Of a stretch of DNA of 55,478 nt, positions 24,271 to 38,699 are shown in pieces (position 1 is the stretch's first letter; every line of letters starts with the position of its first letter). The DNA is from Moniliella sp. 'wahieum'. Taxonomy: Eukaryota. The position numbers and the translations under genes are program-made. The DNA lies in contig RSEE01000171.1 of the NCBI GenBank assembly GCA_003971905.1, positions 1 through 55,478 on the forward strand, read 5' to 3'. Under the pieces are notes generated by a model. That model saw only the letters and a program-made list of their open reading frames with translations. It was not told the DNA's origin and ran no database searches.

Positions 24271-25918
24271 CGGGAACGGAATGCACTGCGTACAACTGAA
24301 CTGGCTTCCCACCTCTCCTCTCCTTCTTCTCCTTCTCCTTGTCCTTTTTCCTCCTAGCAACTTGGCCCTCCAGGCGCACGAAAATCGCTAAACGTAACCG
24401 TGGGTGGGCGATTTCGGTGTCACATGTCACTAGTCACTAGTCACTGGTCACTAATGACTGGCCTGGTTCCCGGTTACCGTTACGCGTTACCGATTACCGG
24501 TTAACAATGTGGGGGACAGGGTCCAGGACACCCACCACCCTACTACACACCGTACTCCCCCGTCCCTATTCTGTCGCTTTTCTTTGTGCTAGCTCCTTCC
24601 CCCACACCCGACTCTATACATCTCCGTCTCCCCCTCCCCCCACTCTATATTCTGGCGTTTTATTCCGGTCGCGAAAGGATTCGTTTTGGAGAGAAATCAT
24701 TACTCAGTGGGATTTCGGAGGTGGGCTTGGGAAATTTGGACGCCGCCAATATTCAATGCCGCCAGGAAATGCGCAACAAGTCTCATCGTGCTGGGCTCAA
24801 GCTTGGGCGCCCCTTGTCAACCAGTGGAAAGGGGCCTGGAGGGGCTAGTGGTTGAACTTGGGGCAACCATTGTCGGCAAGAGGCAAAGTGCGTCATACGT
24901 GTTTTACTTGGGATCGCGCGTAATTCTCTCACCTCCGGCCTCGCTTGCATTGATTGTGGATTGAAGCTTGAAGGGAGCACCCACCCACCTTCAGTGCTAA
25001 GGACTGCTTGAACCACAATTCTCGCATTCCAATTCCCCTCTTCAGTCTTTAGCGAGTAGTCAATGGACCGGTGGGTCTCGACGTATGGCTTGTTTGGGCC
25101 TTAGAACAAGGCACTCTCCGTCAGGCCCCGTCTACCGGACACCCAAGCAGCCATCGGCCATTTCATTCGTCATGCGTCACGGCGACCACAGGAAAATTCG
25201 ATTCCAAGTGAATCGAAGTGCGGAAAGAGGTGTGTTCAGGCCTAAGGTCTCCTCTTAGCTCGTCTCATGCAGTTCCAGTCTTCGACCCAATACCAGCTCC
25301 AACCGACGCCAGACGCTGTCATTTTCCTCCTCGACATAATCCTCTTCGTCTACGTCTACTTCGCATCTTAGTATGAAGGCAATAAATCACTGCCCAACCT
25401 GGTGGGTACGCACTTTTCCGCATCATCAGCTAGGGGCCCCTTCTGACCAACGCCAACAAACCTACTATCATCTGTCTTCTGCCCACTCTATTACGTCAAA
25501 TGTCGTACGAATTCAACGGCGTGCCGTCGAAAGAGAAAGAGGTTGGTACCGAAGACAGTGGCGTCATAACGCGTCATATGCACAGTCCCGAAGAAAACGG
25601 GGGTAGAGGGGATGATGTACTGATAGGTACAAACCCTTAATTCGGGGGTTCGTTTCTCTTTCATGGATCAATCAATGTCCGATTTTAGTCCCAAAAAGCA
25701 AAACGTGGTCGACACAAAGTAAAGTGTGACGAAGAGAAAAAAGGAAAAAGGAAAACAGGGCAGATAGGGGTGGGGGTGGGCAACTGTTGGTGCCGGGGCG
25801 TAATTTAATGGGCAGACGGAGGGAAAGAAAAAAAACAATCGAAAAAAGTGGGGGGGGGTTTCTCCACCGTTGCCCAGATCCGTCGGTTGCTTGTCCGGCT
25901 GGATTTGCAAGGGGACAA

Positions 25919-28678
25919 CTAGGTCGAAGAGGTGGGAGGCGCGTTCCTGTGGGGAAACAACGTATCGTTCCAGACCAGAACTTTTTCCATGGTATCGCCG
26001 TAGTCGTTCAGGGGCCCAAGTTTGTCCAGGTGATGATGGAAGCGGGTAAAGCGGGATTTGGTGCCATCTGTACCATACTCCATAGCCGCTATGATGGCTG
26101 TACAAAGCGAACTTCCAACAGAAGCGGCGGCAGAGAGAATGTAATTCATCCTGTTGACAACCAATCCAGAGATTTTGTTAGTGAAGAGAGTTAGCCACAT
26201 TCATCCCTGGAACAATACAAAGGGAAGATAGAATAGTGGACGTACGCAATCCAATAATTCAACTGCCGACGACGGGAGAACAGTAGGTGAGTGAGAGCCC
26301 CCCAGAAAAACCAAGAGGTCCAGCTAATCGCTGCAAAAAGTGCGAATTGCGATATACCACCAAAGAAAAGCGGCCAATGGATCGAGCGGAGGTGAGCAAC
26401 ATGATTCAACTCCGGCGAAATCCGTACGGCAAGGTACAAGAGCAGGGGCGCGACTGCACCAATAAGGAAGAAGTACAGAGTCCATTGGTAGTGGTGCAGG
26501 AACCCGTTCTTCTGAGGCCCGACACCAGTCCAATACATGGGATCGTACAACCCTTCAATCCGCAGTTCGGCTTCTTTGCTGAATTTCAGCTTATCGGAAC
26601 TCCACCCAATCCAGATTCCACTTTGCAATACCGAGCAGACCAATTGTGTTCCCACCAGTACAAAAAAGCTGATCCGTGGCGGGATCTTAAAGTAGACAGC
26701 CAGTTTGGAGCAGCCACAGTAGAGCATGGCTTGTTGGATGGTGCCCGTGCAGCATAGCTGAAAGATCGGAAGGATGGTCGTGTGACCAGGCAGCGCAGCA
26801 CCAGCAATCAAAGTCGCCATGTGCTCGACACACTTCAATTCAACCGAAGTGCGGCCCGCCACAATGCCCACTGGCACAATGAAGATTGCAGCCAGCGCCA
26901 GGGCAAGCACAATCGCCCAAACCGGTACCGAGGTGTGGTACACGTGCACCATGGGGATGGCAAAGGCAAAGGCAACCAGAAGCAAACACAGGTACCACCA
27001 GATGGGAACAGCCGGGTAGCCAGCGAGTTGGCTGGCGTGGGGGTCAGGCGAATCAGCCACTTTGGATACTTTCCACCAGCGGCGGAGGTCACCGCCATGG
27101 AAAAGCGGAGTGTGCACGAGCAAGGCGGTACATGCGGCATAGGAGAACGCCCAAGTGATGACGATTGAGGCGGAAAAGTATCCCTGGGGTGGGTCGGGTG
27201 ACTCAAATTGGGGAGGATCTAGATACATGTCTTGGGGCAAGGGGTTGAAATACATGTTGGTGGTGTTGAGCGGTGGGTACCAAATCACGTCGATAAGGCC
27301 ATAAGGAATGCAGGCTGCTAGGTTCTTGTTGGTGAAAAAGATCGGAACGGCAATGACCCACATGGCAACGACGAAGCCACAAAATACGTTGACCAGCGCG
27401 CCCCGCGGTACAATCAAGGGTGAACTCAAAGCTGCGATCACTAAATTCCAGTCCAGGCACCAAAAAGACCCGCTCATGCCACCCTTTCCATCAAACAATA
27501 GATTGACCCCAAAGCTGGACGGAGAAATCCACGTCGGCCACTCGAATCTTGCCAGAGGCGGATAGAGGAATAGCGGGATCCAGTGCCACACGAAAATGAC
27601 CGTCGCCACAATCCAGAAAACGAGGCGACGGTTCCAGTTGCCACGCCGAACCCCGTGTAACGCCGTCAACATTGCACTGGTCTGAAGTTGCTGCGGGTAT
27701 ATGAGCTTACCAGGCCAAATGAGAAGACGTGTGGCAAGACCTGCCAAGGCAAATCCAAAGAATGGGGTCGAGAGGTAAATTAGAAAAAGGAAGCCGGGCG
27801 GGAATGTGTAAGGTCTTTCTGGGTCACCAGCATTTGTGGCTGCAAACATTCCAGCCAAGTATTGCAAGGTTAAGTTGGGGCCCATGGCGACAGCGACGAT
27901 GGTGCAGATCCTACGAGAGCGACAATCACACCTGTCAGAGGAACTCTCTTACACTGCAATATCAGCATCGGGGGAGGTTGAGACGCACGTATGCTCCTTG
28001 ATATTAAATGGACCTGGGTTATAATGACCAAGCCAGGGGCCATGCGATGGGTACGGGATTTTCGACATGGCGAAACCCACGCAGTAGGCAAACGGCTGCA
28101 CCAACACTGCACTCGTATAAGACCCGAACCTTTGGGTTGGTAGAATCTCCCATTGTGTTCAGTGCATAGACGGCGCTGGTAAGACCGCAAGCCAGCACCA
28201 TGAAAGCAGCCAGGTACGAATGGTGTTGTATGGCATGTTGGGGTCGTCCACGTTTGGAACAATCGCGCGCACGCGCGCATCGGCCAAATCCACCCTCTTC
28301 TCTGCATCGGAATCTTGATCGTCCGCATTATTCTTCTCGCTGTCACCGGAGTGGTCCGATCCCACGTTTTCTGTTGTGGCGCCTCGCGTCCCATGAGGCC
28401 CATCGTGTGCGCTGTGTAGTGGCAAGAGGGGCAAGGGTGTTTTCCAAGAGCGACTCTGTTTCCATCCAATTCTCGTTGTCGTCCTCGGCTGTGGTTGTCA
28501 ACGAAAACGCGGTAGTGTTTTTGTACGTCGCGTGGTTTGTTGATGTTATGCTATCAATTGTGAGAGGCCGAAGAGATTCGATGGGATCCAGCGTGAAGGG
28601 AAGGCCCGAGTCATCGGAATGTGGGTGGGTCTGTTCCTCATCCGCTTCGTTGGGCCCGCTCGAGCGAGGAGTCGACAT
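25919..28678 (-). CDS. Oligopeptide transporter (OPT family), copy A, full length with a frameshifted 5' part
   Basis: Motifs VRAIVPNVDDPNMPYNTIRTW, NPGPFNIKEH, GFALAGL..RLLIWP, LDW, PDPH..L..YPAVP.WWY, YFKIPPR, MNYILSAA. Introns at ~27911-27988 and 26151-26245. Several 1-2 bp indels in 27940-28440 relative to copies B and C. Confidence 0.92.
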
Positions 28679-31387
28679 GATGCCTAGCCTTTTGTTTTAC
28701 TTGTGTCGCGACGATGTTAGTGTTCAGTGTTATTGTTGTTGTTGTTGTTGTTGGTGGTGGGGGTGGTGGTGGGGGTGGTATAGTGAATCACAGTCATTGT
28801 GAGTTGAGCTTCCATTTATACTATCAGGGGTCGTCGTCCCAACTCCGTTCCGACTCGCAGGTCATGAAGTGCTCCCTTCCTCGCTCTCCCGCTCATATCA
28901 TGCTCTTTTGTGCGCTAGGGCCTGGAGACGATTAACACCAACGAATCCCGTCAGCTCCACCAAAGGAACGCGCTACCTATAGCCGAAGAAGCGCACAACC
29001 TCAGCAAAGCGTGTTGGTACGGTAGCTCCCTCCTCACCTTAGTAGTATACTATGTTATCGATTATCCCCACCTCTTCACCTAAGCGTTAGCTTTATATAG
29101 ACTACATAACCCCTGTTGCATTTGCTCCGACCGACGCGGATCTAAACCACCTCAAGTGAATACCGTATACATCCAAAGCGGATAGGGATAAATTGACACT
29201 GCGCTCTATATATAGATACGCTGCTTGTGAGATGAATCAGTTCCGAACTTTATAGCTTGTTACGAGTCACACGGGTCACTGCGGGATAGCTCGCCTAAAT
29301 ACCCCATCTACTGCGTTGCGCCTACACGGAGCTTAGCTTCATTCGATTTGGGCGATGTCCAAGCTCGAGTCTTTTCTGTACGGCTGAGGAGATCCGCGCG
29401 TGAAGCTCTGAGTCCCTCCTGGTTTTAAACTTTATTCCTATACACTGCACCATATCATTGACAGAGCTTAAGGCTGGGACAGGGAAACGCTACGCCTAAA
29501 CCGACCCGTTCATCATGCGTGTGTTGCTTGGTAGCGCCACACCTGTTAATGAACCAGGGGGATTGCCAGGATATGAGGTCCCTCTGGTGCCCGCCATCCG
29601 TTCCCATACCCTAGGAAGAGCGTGTGGACATGGATGAACGTGGTAGACTTCTGAGCGAGAAACCATTTCCATTGAGACACAGTAGCCAAATCCTTCCAGT
29701 GCGCGACGATCTTGCCCGCCGTCTTGGTGCCGTAGTATCCTCGCGTCTTCAAAACCAAGGGGAAAAACGGCTCTTGAGTGCGTCCCTGGTACTTGGCGTT
29801 GTTGTCGCATTCTTCTTGTTCCAGCAGCCGAAGCAGCTCCTTCCCCCAGCGTTTCAAGGGCGCACATAGTTCCGAGTCAGCACTCCTGGGGGCGAGCTAG
29901 CTTTTCCAAGAGACAGAGATTGGATTCAGAGTATGTCTGCTCCTAGATCCACATCTCATACTCTAGGCAGTTGCAACCGCGCGGTGCCAGTGTCCTGACG
30001 CTCCGGCGTGGCGTGGCCATGCATAAGGAGGGACCTGCGTTGGCCCCACCCCATCGAGACAACCGGGGCTGAGCGGGCGCCAAGTTGCGTCTCCAAGTTT
30101 ATTTGAATACGCAGCGCATCGTATATATTGGGTAGCGCACTACTGCGCTTGCCCAACAATACTTTATTCGCACATCAGAGGCCCCAGGAAGGCTATTAAG
30201 GACTGGAATGGAACTGTGGCGCGCCGGCTGCAATCAGAGTTCGGAGAATGCGGACCAGGGAGCGACAGTGAAGCTAGTGACCCGGGAGCGGGGGATGAAT
30301 CCCGTGTGCAATGGTCCAGCCGACGGCTCCAAGCGAGAAAAGAGTCGAGGCAGAGCGAAAACAGGAGTGTAACCAGTTGCGCCTCACACACGGGGTTGGT
30401 GCGGCAGACGCTTACAGCAGGGGGGCTGTGTCTAGGAAGCTTTTCTCCCACAGTACCCCGCCGTCTGCCCTAGTGCGGGATCCCGTGTGGGGTAGGGTTA
30501 CATGTGCGCAGCGACAAAAACGCCCACATGCATTATGAGGAAGCTTTTTACCCTACAAAAAGCAATCGTGAAGCCGTCAGGAATCGTATAACAGCGTGCG
30601 AATCATGAACATGTGTCAGACCTTCTCCTTTGGATTGTGGAGCATGTGAAGGTTAAGAGCTTCACCGGCTTCAAGCTTCAAGCTTCACCCAGCTTCACCG
30701 GGGTGAGAAGGGCCCGGCATGTGTATATGACCGGATGACCCCTTGTCATGCATGATGGCCCCTTCTCCACAGCTGACCTTGGCAGTGGGGTTCATATATA
30801 TCTCAAGTATGCCCCGAGCTGTTAGAAGCTTGTAACTAGAACCTTCTGAACACTCAACCAACACTCAACCAACACTCAACACTGAACTCAGTACTCAACG
30901 TTCAACCTTCAACAGCTTCAACCTTCAAGGTATACTCAACAACCACACCCCATTGGATTGTTTGGTGTTGGATGATTGATTTACTCGGATCTGCTGCCTC
31001 ATTCTTCCTGTAGCTTGCTCCTATATATGTGGATCCGCTCCCGCGACTGCGCCCACACCCTGTGGTCCGCTTTCACAAACTCATACTCCGAACGAGGTAG
31101 TGGATCAATGATATAGTGATCCATCAATCATAGTCTCAGCGCGGGTAAATATCTATACTGCATGCATATCATAGACAGAGATTACGCTGGGACGAAGAGG
31201 CACAGCGCCTATCAGTCGCTCGCCCATACGGCATGTGGGGGTCGCATTCCTGTTTGGTTCGAGCCCCGATTGTCCCATCACCTGAAAGACGAAAATGAGG
31301 CAACGCAATGGCAGGGGATTTGAGTACATGCCCTAACTGACCCCGGACGCCCGGCAAAAAGAAAAGAACGCATAGAGAAGCAAACAA

Positions 31388-33254
31388 GTGCTCCACACAC
31401 TTCAGCTCCACCGAAGTCCGGCCCACCACAATGCCCACTGGAACAATGAAGATTGCCGCGAGCAAGAGGGCAAGCACAATCGCCCAAACCGGTACCGAGG
31501 TGTGGTACACGTGCACCATGGGGATGGCAAATACAAACGCAACCAGTAGCAAGCAGAGGTACCACCAGGTGGGAACAGCCGGATAGCGGGCGAGTTGGCG
31601 AGTGTGTGGGTCAGGAGAATCAGCAACATTGGGCACTCTCCACCAGCGACGTAGGTCGCCGCCATGGAAAAGCGGAGTATGCACGACTAAGGCGGTGCAA
31701 GCAGCATAGGAAAACGCCCAGGTCATGACACTTGTGGCAGAAAAGTATCCCTGGGGTGGGTGGGGCGAATCAAATTGGGGGGGATCTAGATACGCGTCTT
31801 GGGGCAAGGGATTGAACTGTATGTTGGCGTAACTCATCTGTGGGTGCCAAACCACGTCGGTAAAGTGATAGGGAAGGCAGGCCGCTAGGCTTTTGTTGGT
31901 GAAAAAGATCGGGAGGGCAATGACCCACATGGCAACGGCGAAGCCACAAAACACATTGACCAGCGCGCCCCACGGTACGATCAAGGGTGAGCCCAACGCT
32001 ACCGTTACCAGCGTCCAGTCGAGGCACCAAAAGGACCAGCCCATGCCCTCATTTCCGTCAAACAATAGATTCACCACAAAGCTTGAGGGAGGAATCCACG
32101 TCGGCCACTCGAACTTTGCCAGAGGTGGATAGAAGAGCAGGCGGACCCAGTGCCAGACAAACACAATCATCGCCCCAATCCAGAAAACGCGGCGACGGGA
32201 CCAATTGCTACGCCGTACACCATGCAACGCAGTCAACATCGCACCGGTCTGAAGCTGCTGAGGGTTTAGGAGCTCGCCAGGCCAAATGAGAAGACGTCTG
32301 GCAAGACCGGCGAAGGCAAATCCAAAGAATGGGGTTGAGAGGTAAATGAGAAAGAGGAAGCCGGTTGGGTACTTATGTTTATTGTCTGCGCCCAACACAG
32401 GGTCGGAGTTCAACTCGGGGACCAAGTACTGCAGGGTTAGGTTGGGTCCCATGGCGACAGCAGCGACGATGGTGCAGATCCTACGAGAGCGACAATCACA
32501 CCTGTCAGAGGGAACTCTCTTACACTGCAAATATCAGCATCGGGGGGAGGTTGAGACGCACGTATGCTCCTTGATATTAAATGGACCTGGGTTAATGAAC
32601 CAAGCCAGGGGCCAATGCGATGGGTACGGGATTTTCGACATGGCGAAACCCACGCAGTAGGCAAACGGCTGCACCAACACTGCACTCGTATAAGACCCGA
32701 AAACCTTTGGGTTGGTAGAATCTCCCATTGTGTTCAGTGCATAGACGGCGCTGGTAAGACCGCAAGCCAGCACCAGTGAAAGCAGCCAGGTACGAATGGT
32801 GTTGTATGGCATGTTGGGGTCGTCCACGTTTGGAACAATCGCGCGCACGCGCGCATCGGCCAAATCCACCCTCTTCTCTGCATCGGAATCTTGATCGTCC
32901 GCATTATTCTTCTCGCTGTCACCGGAGTGGTCCGATCCCACGTTTTCTGTTGTGGCGCCTCGCGTCCCATGAGGCCCATCGTGTGCGCTGTGTAGTGGCA
33001 AGAGGGGATCAAGGGTGTTTTCCAAGAGCGACTCTGTTTCCATCCAATTCTCGTTGTCGTCCTCGGCTGTGGTTGTCAACGAAAACGCGGTAGTGTTTTT
33101 GTACGTCGCGGTTTGTTGATGTTATGCTATCAATTGTGAGAGGCCGAAGAGATTCGATGGGATCCAGCGTGAAGGGAAGGCCCGAGTCATCGGAATGTGG
33201 GTGGGTCTGTTCCTCATCCGCTTCGTTGGGCCCGCTCGAGCGAGGAGTCGACAT
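31388..33254 (-). pseudogene. OPT copy B, 3'-truncated after ...ELKCVEH
   Basis: Homology to copy A stops at 31388 and the frame runs on into unrelated sequence to 31169. There is a 2-bp deletion at ~33110 relative to copy C. Confidence 0.85.
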
Positions 33255-35963
33255 GATGCCTAGCCTTTTGTTTTACTTGTGTCGCGACGATGTTAGTGTT
33301 CAGTGTTATTGTTGTTGTTGTTGTTGTGGTGGTGGGGTGGTGGTGGGGGTGGTATAGTGAATCACAGTCATTGTGAGTTGAGCTTCCATTTATACTATCA
33401 GGGGTCGTCGTCCCAACTCCGTTCCGACTCGCAGGTCATGAAGTGCTCCCTTCCTCGCTCTCCCGCTCATATCATGCTCTTTTGTGCGCTAGGGCCTGGA
33501 GACGATTAACACCAACGAATCCCGTCAGCTCCACCAAAGGAACGCGCTACCTATAGCCGAAGAAGCGCACAACCTCAGCAAAGCGTGTTGGTACGGTAGC
33601 TCCCTCCTCACCTTAGTAGTATACTATGTTATCGATTATCCCCACCTCTTCACCTAAGCGTTAGCTTTATATAGACTACATAACCCCTGTTGCATTTGCT
33701 CCGACCGACGCGGATCTAAACCACCTCAAGTGAATACCGTATACATCCAAAGCGGATAGGGATAAATTGACACTGCGCTCTATATATAGATACGCTGCTT
33801 GTGAGATGAATCAGTTCCGAACTTTATAGCTTGTTACGAGTCACACGGGTCACTGCGGGATAGCTCGCCTAAATACCCCATCTACTGCGTTGCGCCTACA
33901 CGGAGCTTAGCTTCATTCGATTTGGGCGATGTCCAAGCTCGAGTCTTTTCTGTACGGCTGAGGAGATCCGCGCGTGAAGCTCTGAGTCCCTCCTGGTTTT
34001 AAACTTTATTCCTATACACTGCACCATATCATTGACAGAGCTTAAGGCTGGGACAGGGAAACGCTACGCCTAAACCGACCCGTTCATCATGCGTGTGTTG
34101 CTTGGTAGCGCCACACCTGTTAATGAACCAGGGGGATTGCCAGGATATGAGGTCCCTCTGGTGCCCGCCATCCGTTCCCATACCCTAGGAAGAGCGTGTG
34201 GACATGGATGAACGTGGTAGACTTCTGAGCGAGAAACCATTTCCATTGAGACACAGTAGCCAAATCCTTCCAGTGCGCGACGATCTTGCCCGCCGTCTTG
34301 GTGCCGTAGTATCCTCGCGTCTTCAAAACCAAGGGGAAAAACGGCTCTTGAGTGCGTCCCTGGTACTTGGCGTTGTTGTCGCATTCTTCTTGTTCCAGCA
34401 GCCGAAGCAGCTCCTTCCCCCAGCGTTTCAAGGGCGCACATAGTTCCGAGTCAGCACTCCTGGGGGCGAGCTAGCTTTTCCAAGAGACAGAGATTGGATT
34501 CAGAGTATGTCTGCTCCTAGATCCACATCTCATACTCTAGGCAGTTGCAACCGCGCGGTGCCAGTGTCCTGACGCTCCGGCGTGGCGTGGCCATGCATAA
34601 GGAGGGACCTGCGTTGGCCCCACCCCATCGAGACAACCGGGGCTGAGCGGGCGCCAAGTTGCGTCTCCAAGTTTATTTGAATACGCAGCGCATCGTATAT
34701 ATTGGGTAGCGCACTACTGCGCTTGCCCAACAATACTTTATTCGCACATCAGAGGCCCCAGGAAGGCTATTAAGGACTGGAATGGAACTGTGGCGCGCCG
34801 GCTGCAATCAGAGTTCGGAGAATGCGGACCAGGGAGCGACAGTGAAGCTAGTGACCCGGGAGCGGGGGATGAATCCCGTGTGCAATGGTCCAGCCGACGG
34901 CTCCAAGCGAGAAAAGAGTCGAGGCAGAGCGAAAACAGGAGTGTAACCAGTTGCGCCTCACACACGGGGTTGGTGCGGCAGACGCTTACAGCAGGGGGGC
35001 TGTGTCTAGGAAGCTTTTCTCCCACAGTACCCCGCCGTCTGCCCTAGTGCGGGATCCCGTGTGGGGTAGGGTTACATGTGCGCAGCGACAAAAACGCCCA
35101 CATGCATTATGAGGAAGCTTTTTACCCTACAAAAAGCAATCGTGAAGCCGTCAGGAATCGTATAACAGCGTGCGAATCATGAACATGTGTCAGACCTTCT
35201 CCTTTGGATTGTGGAGCATGTGAAGGTTAAGAGCTTCACCGGCTTCAAGCTTCAAGCTTCACCCAGCTTCACCGGGGTGAGAAGGGCCCGGCATGTGTAT
35301 ATGACCGGATGACCCCTTGTCATGCATGATGGCCCCTTCTCCACAGCTGACCTTGGCAGTGGGGTTCATATATATATCTCAAGTATGCCCCGAGCTGTTA
35401 GAAGCTTGTAACTAGAACCTTCTGAACACTCAACCAACACTCAACCAACACTCAACACTGAACTCAGTACTCAACGTTCAACCTTCAACAGCTTCAACCT
35501 TCAAGGTATACTCAACAACCACACCCCATTGGATTGTTTGGTGTTGGATGATTGATTTACTCGGATCTGCTGCCTCATTCTTCCTGTAGCTTGCTCCTAT
35601 ATATGTGGATCCGCTCCCGCGACTGCGCCCACACCCTGTGGTCCGCTTTCACAAACTCATACTCCGAACGAGGTAGTGGATCAATGATATAGTGATCCAT
35701 CAATCATAGTCTCAGCGCGGGTAAATATCTATACTGCATGCATATCATAGACAGAGATTACGCTGGGACGAAGAGGCACAGCGCCTATCAGTCGCTCGCC
35801 CATACGGCATGTGGGGGTCGCATTCCTGTTTGGTTCGAGCCCCGATTGTCCCATCACCTGAAAGACGAAAATGAGGCAACGCAATGGCAGGGGATTTGAG
35901 TACATGCCCTAACTGACCCCGGACGCCCGGCAAAAAGAAAAGAACGCATAGAGAAGCAAACAA

Positions 35964-37832
35964 GTGCTCCACACACTTCAGCTCCACCGAAGTCCGGCCC
36001 ACCACAATGCCCACTGGAACAATGAAGATTGCCGCGAGCAAGAGGGCAAGCACAATCGCCCAAACCGGTACCGAGGTGTGGTACACGTGCACCATGGGGA
36101 TGGCAAATACAAACGCAACCAGTAGCAAGCAGAGGTACCACCAGGTGGGAACAGCCGGATAGCGGGCGAGTTGGCGAGTGTGTGGGTCAGGAGAATCAGC
36201 AACATTGGGCACTCTCCACCAGCGACGTAGGTCGCCGCCATGGAAAAGCGGAGTATGCACGACTAAGGCGGTGCAAGCAGCATAGGAAAACGCCCAGGTC
36301 ATGACACTTGTGGCAGAAAAGTATCCCTGGGGTGGGTGGGGCGAATCAAATTGGGGGGGATCTAGATACGCGTCTTGGGGCAAGGGATTGAACTGTATGT
36401 TGGCGTAACTCATCTGTGGGTGCCAAACCACGTCGGTAAAGTGATAGGGAAGGCAGGCCGCTAGGCTTTTGTTGGTGAAAAAGATCGGGAGGGCAATGAC
36501 CCACATGGCAACGGCGAAGCCACAAAACACATTGACCAGCGCGCCCCACGGTACGATCAAGGGTGAGCCCAACGCTACCGTTACCAGCGTCCAGTCGAGG
36601 CACCAAAAGGACCAGCCCATGCCCTCATTTCCGTCAAACAATAGATTCACCACAAAGCTTGAGGGAGGAATCCACGTCGGCCACTCGAACTTTGCCAGAG
36701 GTGGATAGAAGAGCAGGCGGACCCAGTGCCAGACAAACACAATCATCGCCCCAATCCAGAAAACGCGGCGACGGGACCAATTGCTACGCCGTACACCATG
36801 CAACGCAGTCAACATCGCACCGGTCTGAAGCTGCTGAGGGTTTAGGAGCTCGCCAGGCCAAATGAGAAGACGTCTGGCAAGACCGGCGAAGGCAAATCCA
36901 AAGAATGGGGTTGAGAGGTAAATGAGAAAGAGGAAGCCGGTTGGGTACTTATGTTTATTGTCTGCGCCCAACACAGGGTCGGAGTTCAACTCGGGGACCA
37001 AGTACTGCAGGGTTAGGTTGGGTCCCATGGCGACAGCAGCGACGATGGTGCAGATCCTACGAGAGCGACAATCACACCTGTCAGAGGGAACTCTCTTACA
37101 CTGCAAATATCAGCATCGGGGGGAGGTTGAGACGCACGTATGCTCCTTGATATTAAATGGACCTGGGTTAATGAACCAAGCCAGGGGCCAATGCGATGGG
37201 TACGGGATTTTCGACATGGCGAAACCCACGCAGTAGGCAAACGGCTGCACCAACACTGCACTCGTATAAGACCCGAAAACCTTTGGGTTGGTAGAATCTC
37301 CCATTGTGTTCAGTGCATAGACGGCGCTGGTAAGACCGCAAGCCAGCACCAGTGAAAGCAGCCAGGTACGAATGGTGTTGTATGGCATGTTGGGGTCGTC
37401 CACGTTTGGAACAATCGCGCGCACGCGCGCATCGGCCAAATCCACCCTCTTCTCTGCATCGGAATCTTGATCGTCCGCATTATTCTTCTCGCTGTCACCG
37501 GAGTGGTCCGATCCCACGTTTTCTGTTGTGGCGCCTCGCGTCCCATGAGGCCCATCGTGTGCGCTGTGTAGTGGCAAGAGGGGATCAAGGGTGTTTTCCA
37601 AGAGCGACTCTGTTTCCATCCAATTCTCGTTGTCGTCCTCGGCTGTGGTTGTCAACGAAAACGCGGTAGTGTTTTTGTACGTCGCGTGGTTTGTTGATGT
37701 TATGCTATCAATTGTGAGAGGCCGAAGAGATTCGATGGGATCCAGCGTGAAGGGAAGGCCCGAGTCATCGGAATGTGGGTGGGTCTGTTCCTCATCCGCT
37801 TCGTTGGGCCCGCTCGAGCGAGGAGTCGACAT
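35964..37832 (-). pseudogene. OPT copy C, 3'-truncated after ...ELKCVEH
   Basis: Essentially identical to copy B, with an intact exon 1 and intron 37057-37137. It lacks the C-terminal transmembrane region containing KIPPR. Confidence 0.85.
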
Positions 37833-38699
37833 GATGCCTAGCCTTTTGTTTTACTTGTGTCGCGACGATGTTAGTGTTCAGTGTTATTGTTGTTGTTGTT
37901 GTTGTTGGTGGTGGGGGTGGTGGTGGGGGTGGTATAGTGAATCACAGTCATTGTGAGTTGAGCTTCCATTTATACTATCAGGGGTCGTCGTCCCAACTCC
38001 GTTCCGACTCGCAGGTCATGAAGTGCTCCCTTCCTCGCTCTCCCGCTCATATCATGCTCTTTTGTGCGCTAGGGCCTGGAGACGATTAACACCAACGAAT
38101 CCCGTCAGCTCCACCAAAGGAACGCGCTACCTATAGCCGAAGAAGCGCACAACCTCAGCAAAGCGTGTTGGTACGGTAGCTCCCTCCTCACCTTAGTAGT
38201 ATACTATGTTATCGATTATCCCCACCTCTTCACCTAAGCGTTAGCTTTATATAGACTACATAACCCCTGTTGCATTTGCTCCGACCGACGCGGATCTAAA
38301 CCACCTCAAGTGAATACCGTATACATCCAAAGCGGATAGGGATAAATTGACACTGCGCTCTATATATAGATACGCTGCTTGTGAGATGAATCAGTTCCGA
38401 ACTTTATAGCTTGTTACGAGTCACACGGGTCACTGCGGGATAGCTCGCCTAAATACCCCATCTACTGCGTTGCGCCTACACGGAGCTTAGCTTCATTCGA
38501 TTTGGGCGATGTCCAAGCTCGAGTCTTTTCTGTACGGCTGAGGAGATCCGCGCGTGAAGCTCTGAGTCCCTCCTGGTTTTAAACTTTATTCCTATACACT
38601 GCACCATATCATTGACAGAGCTTAAGGCTGGGACAGGGAAACGCTACGCCTAAACCGACCCGTTCATCATGCGTGTGTTGCTTGGTAGCGCCACACCTG

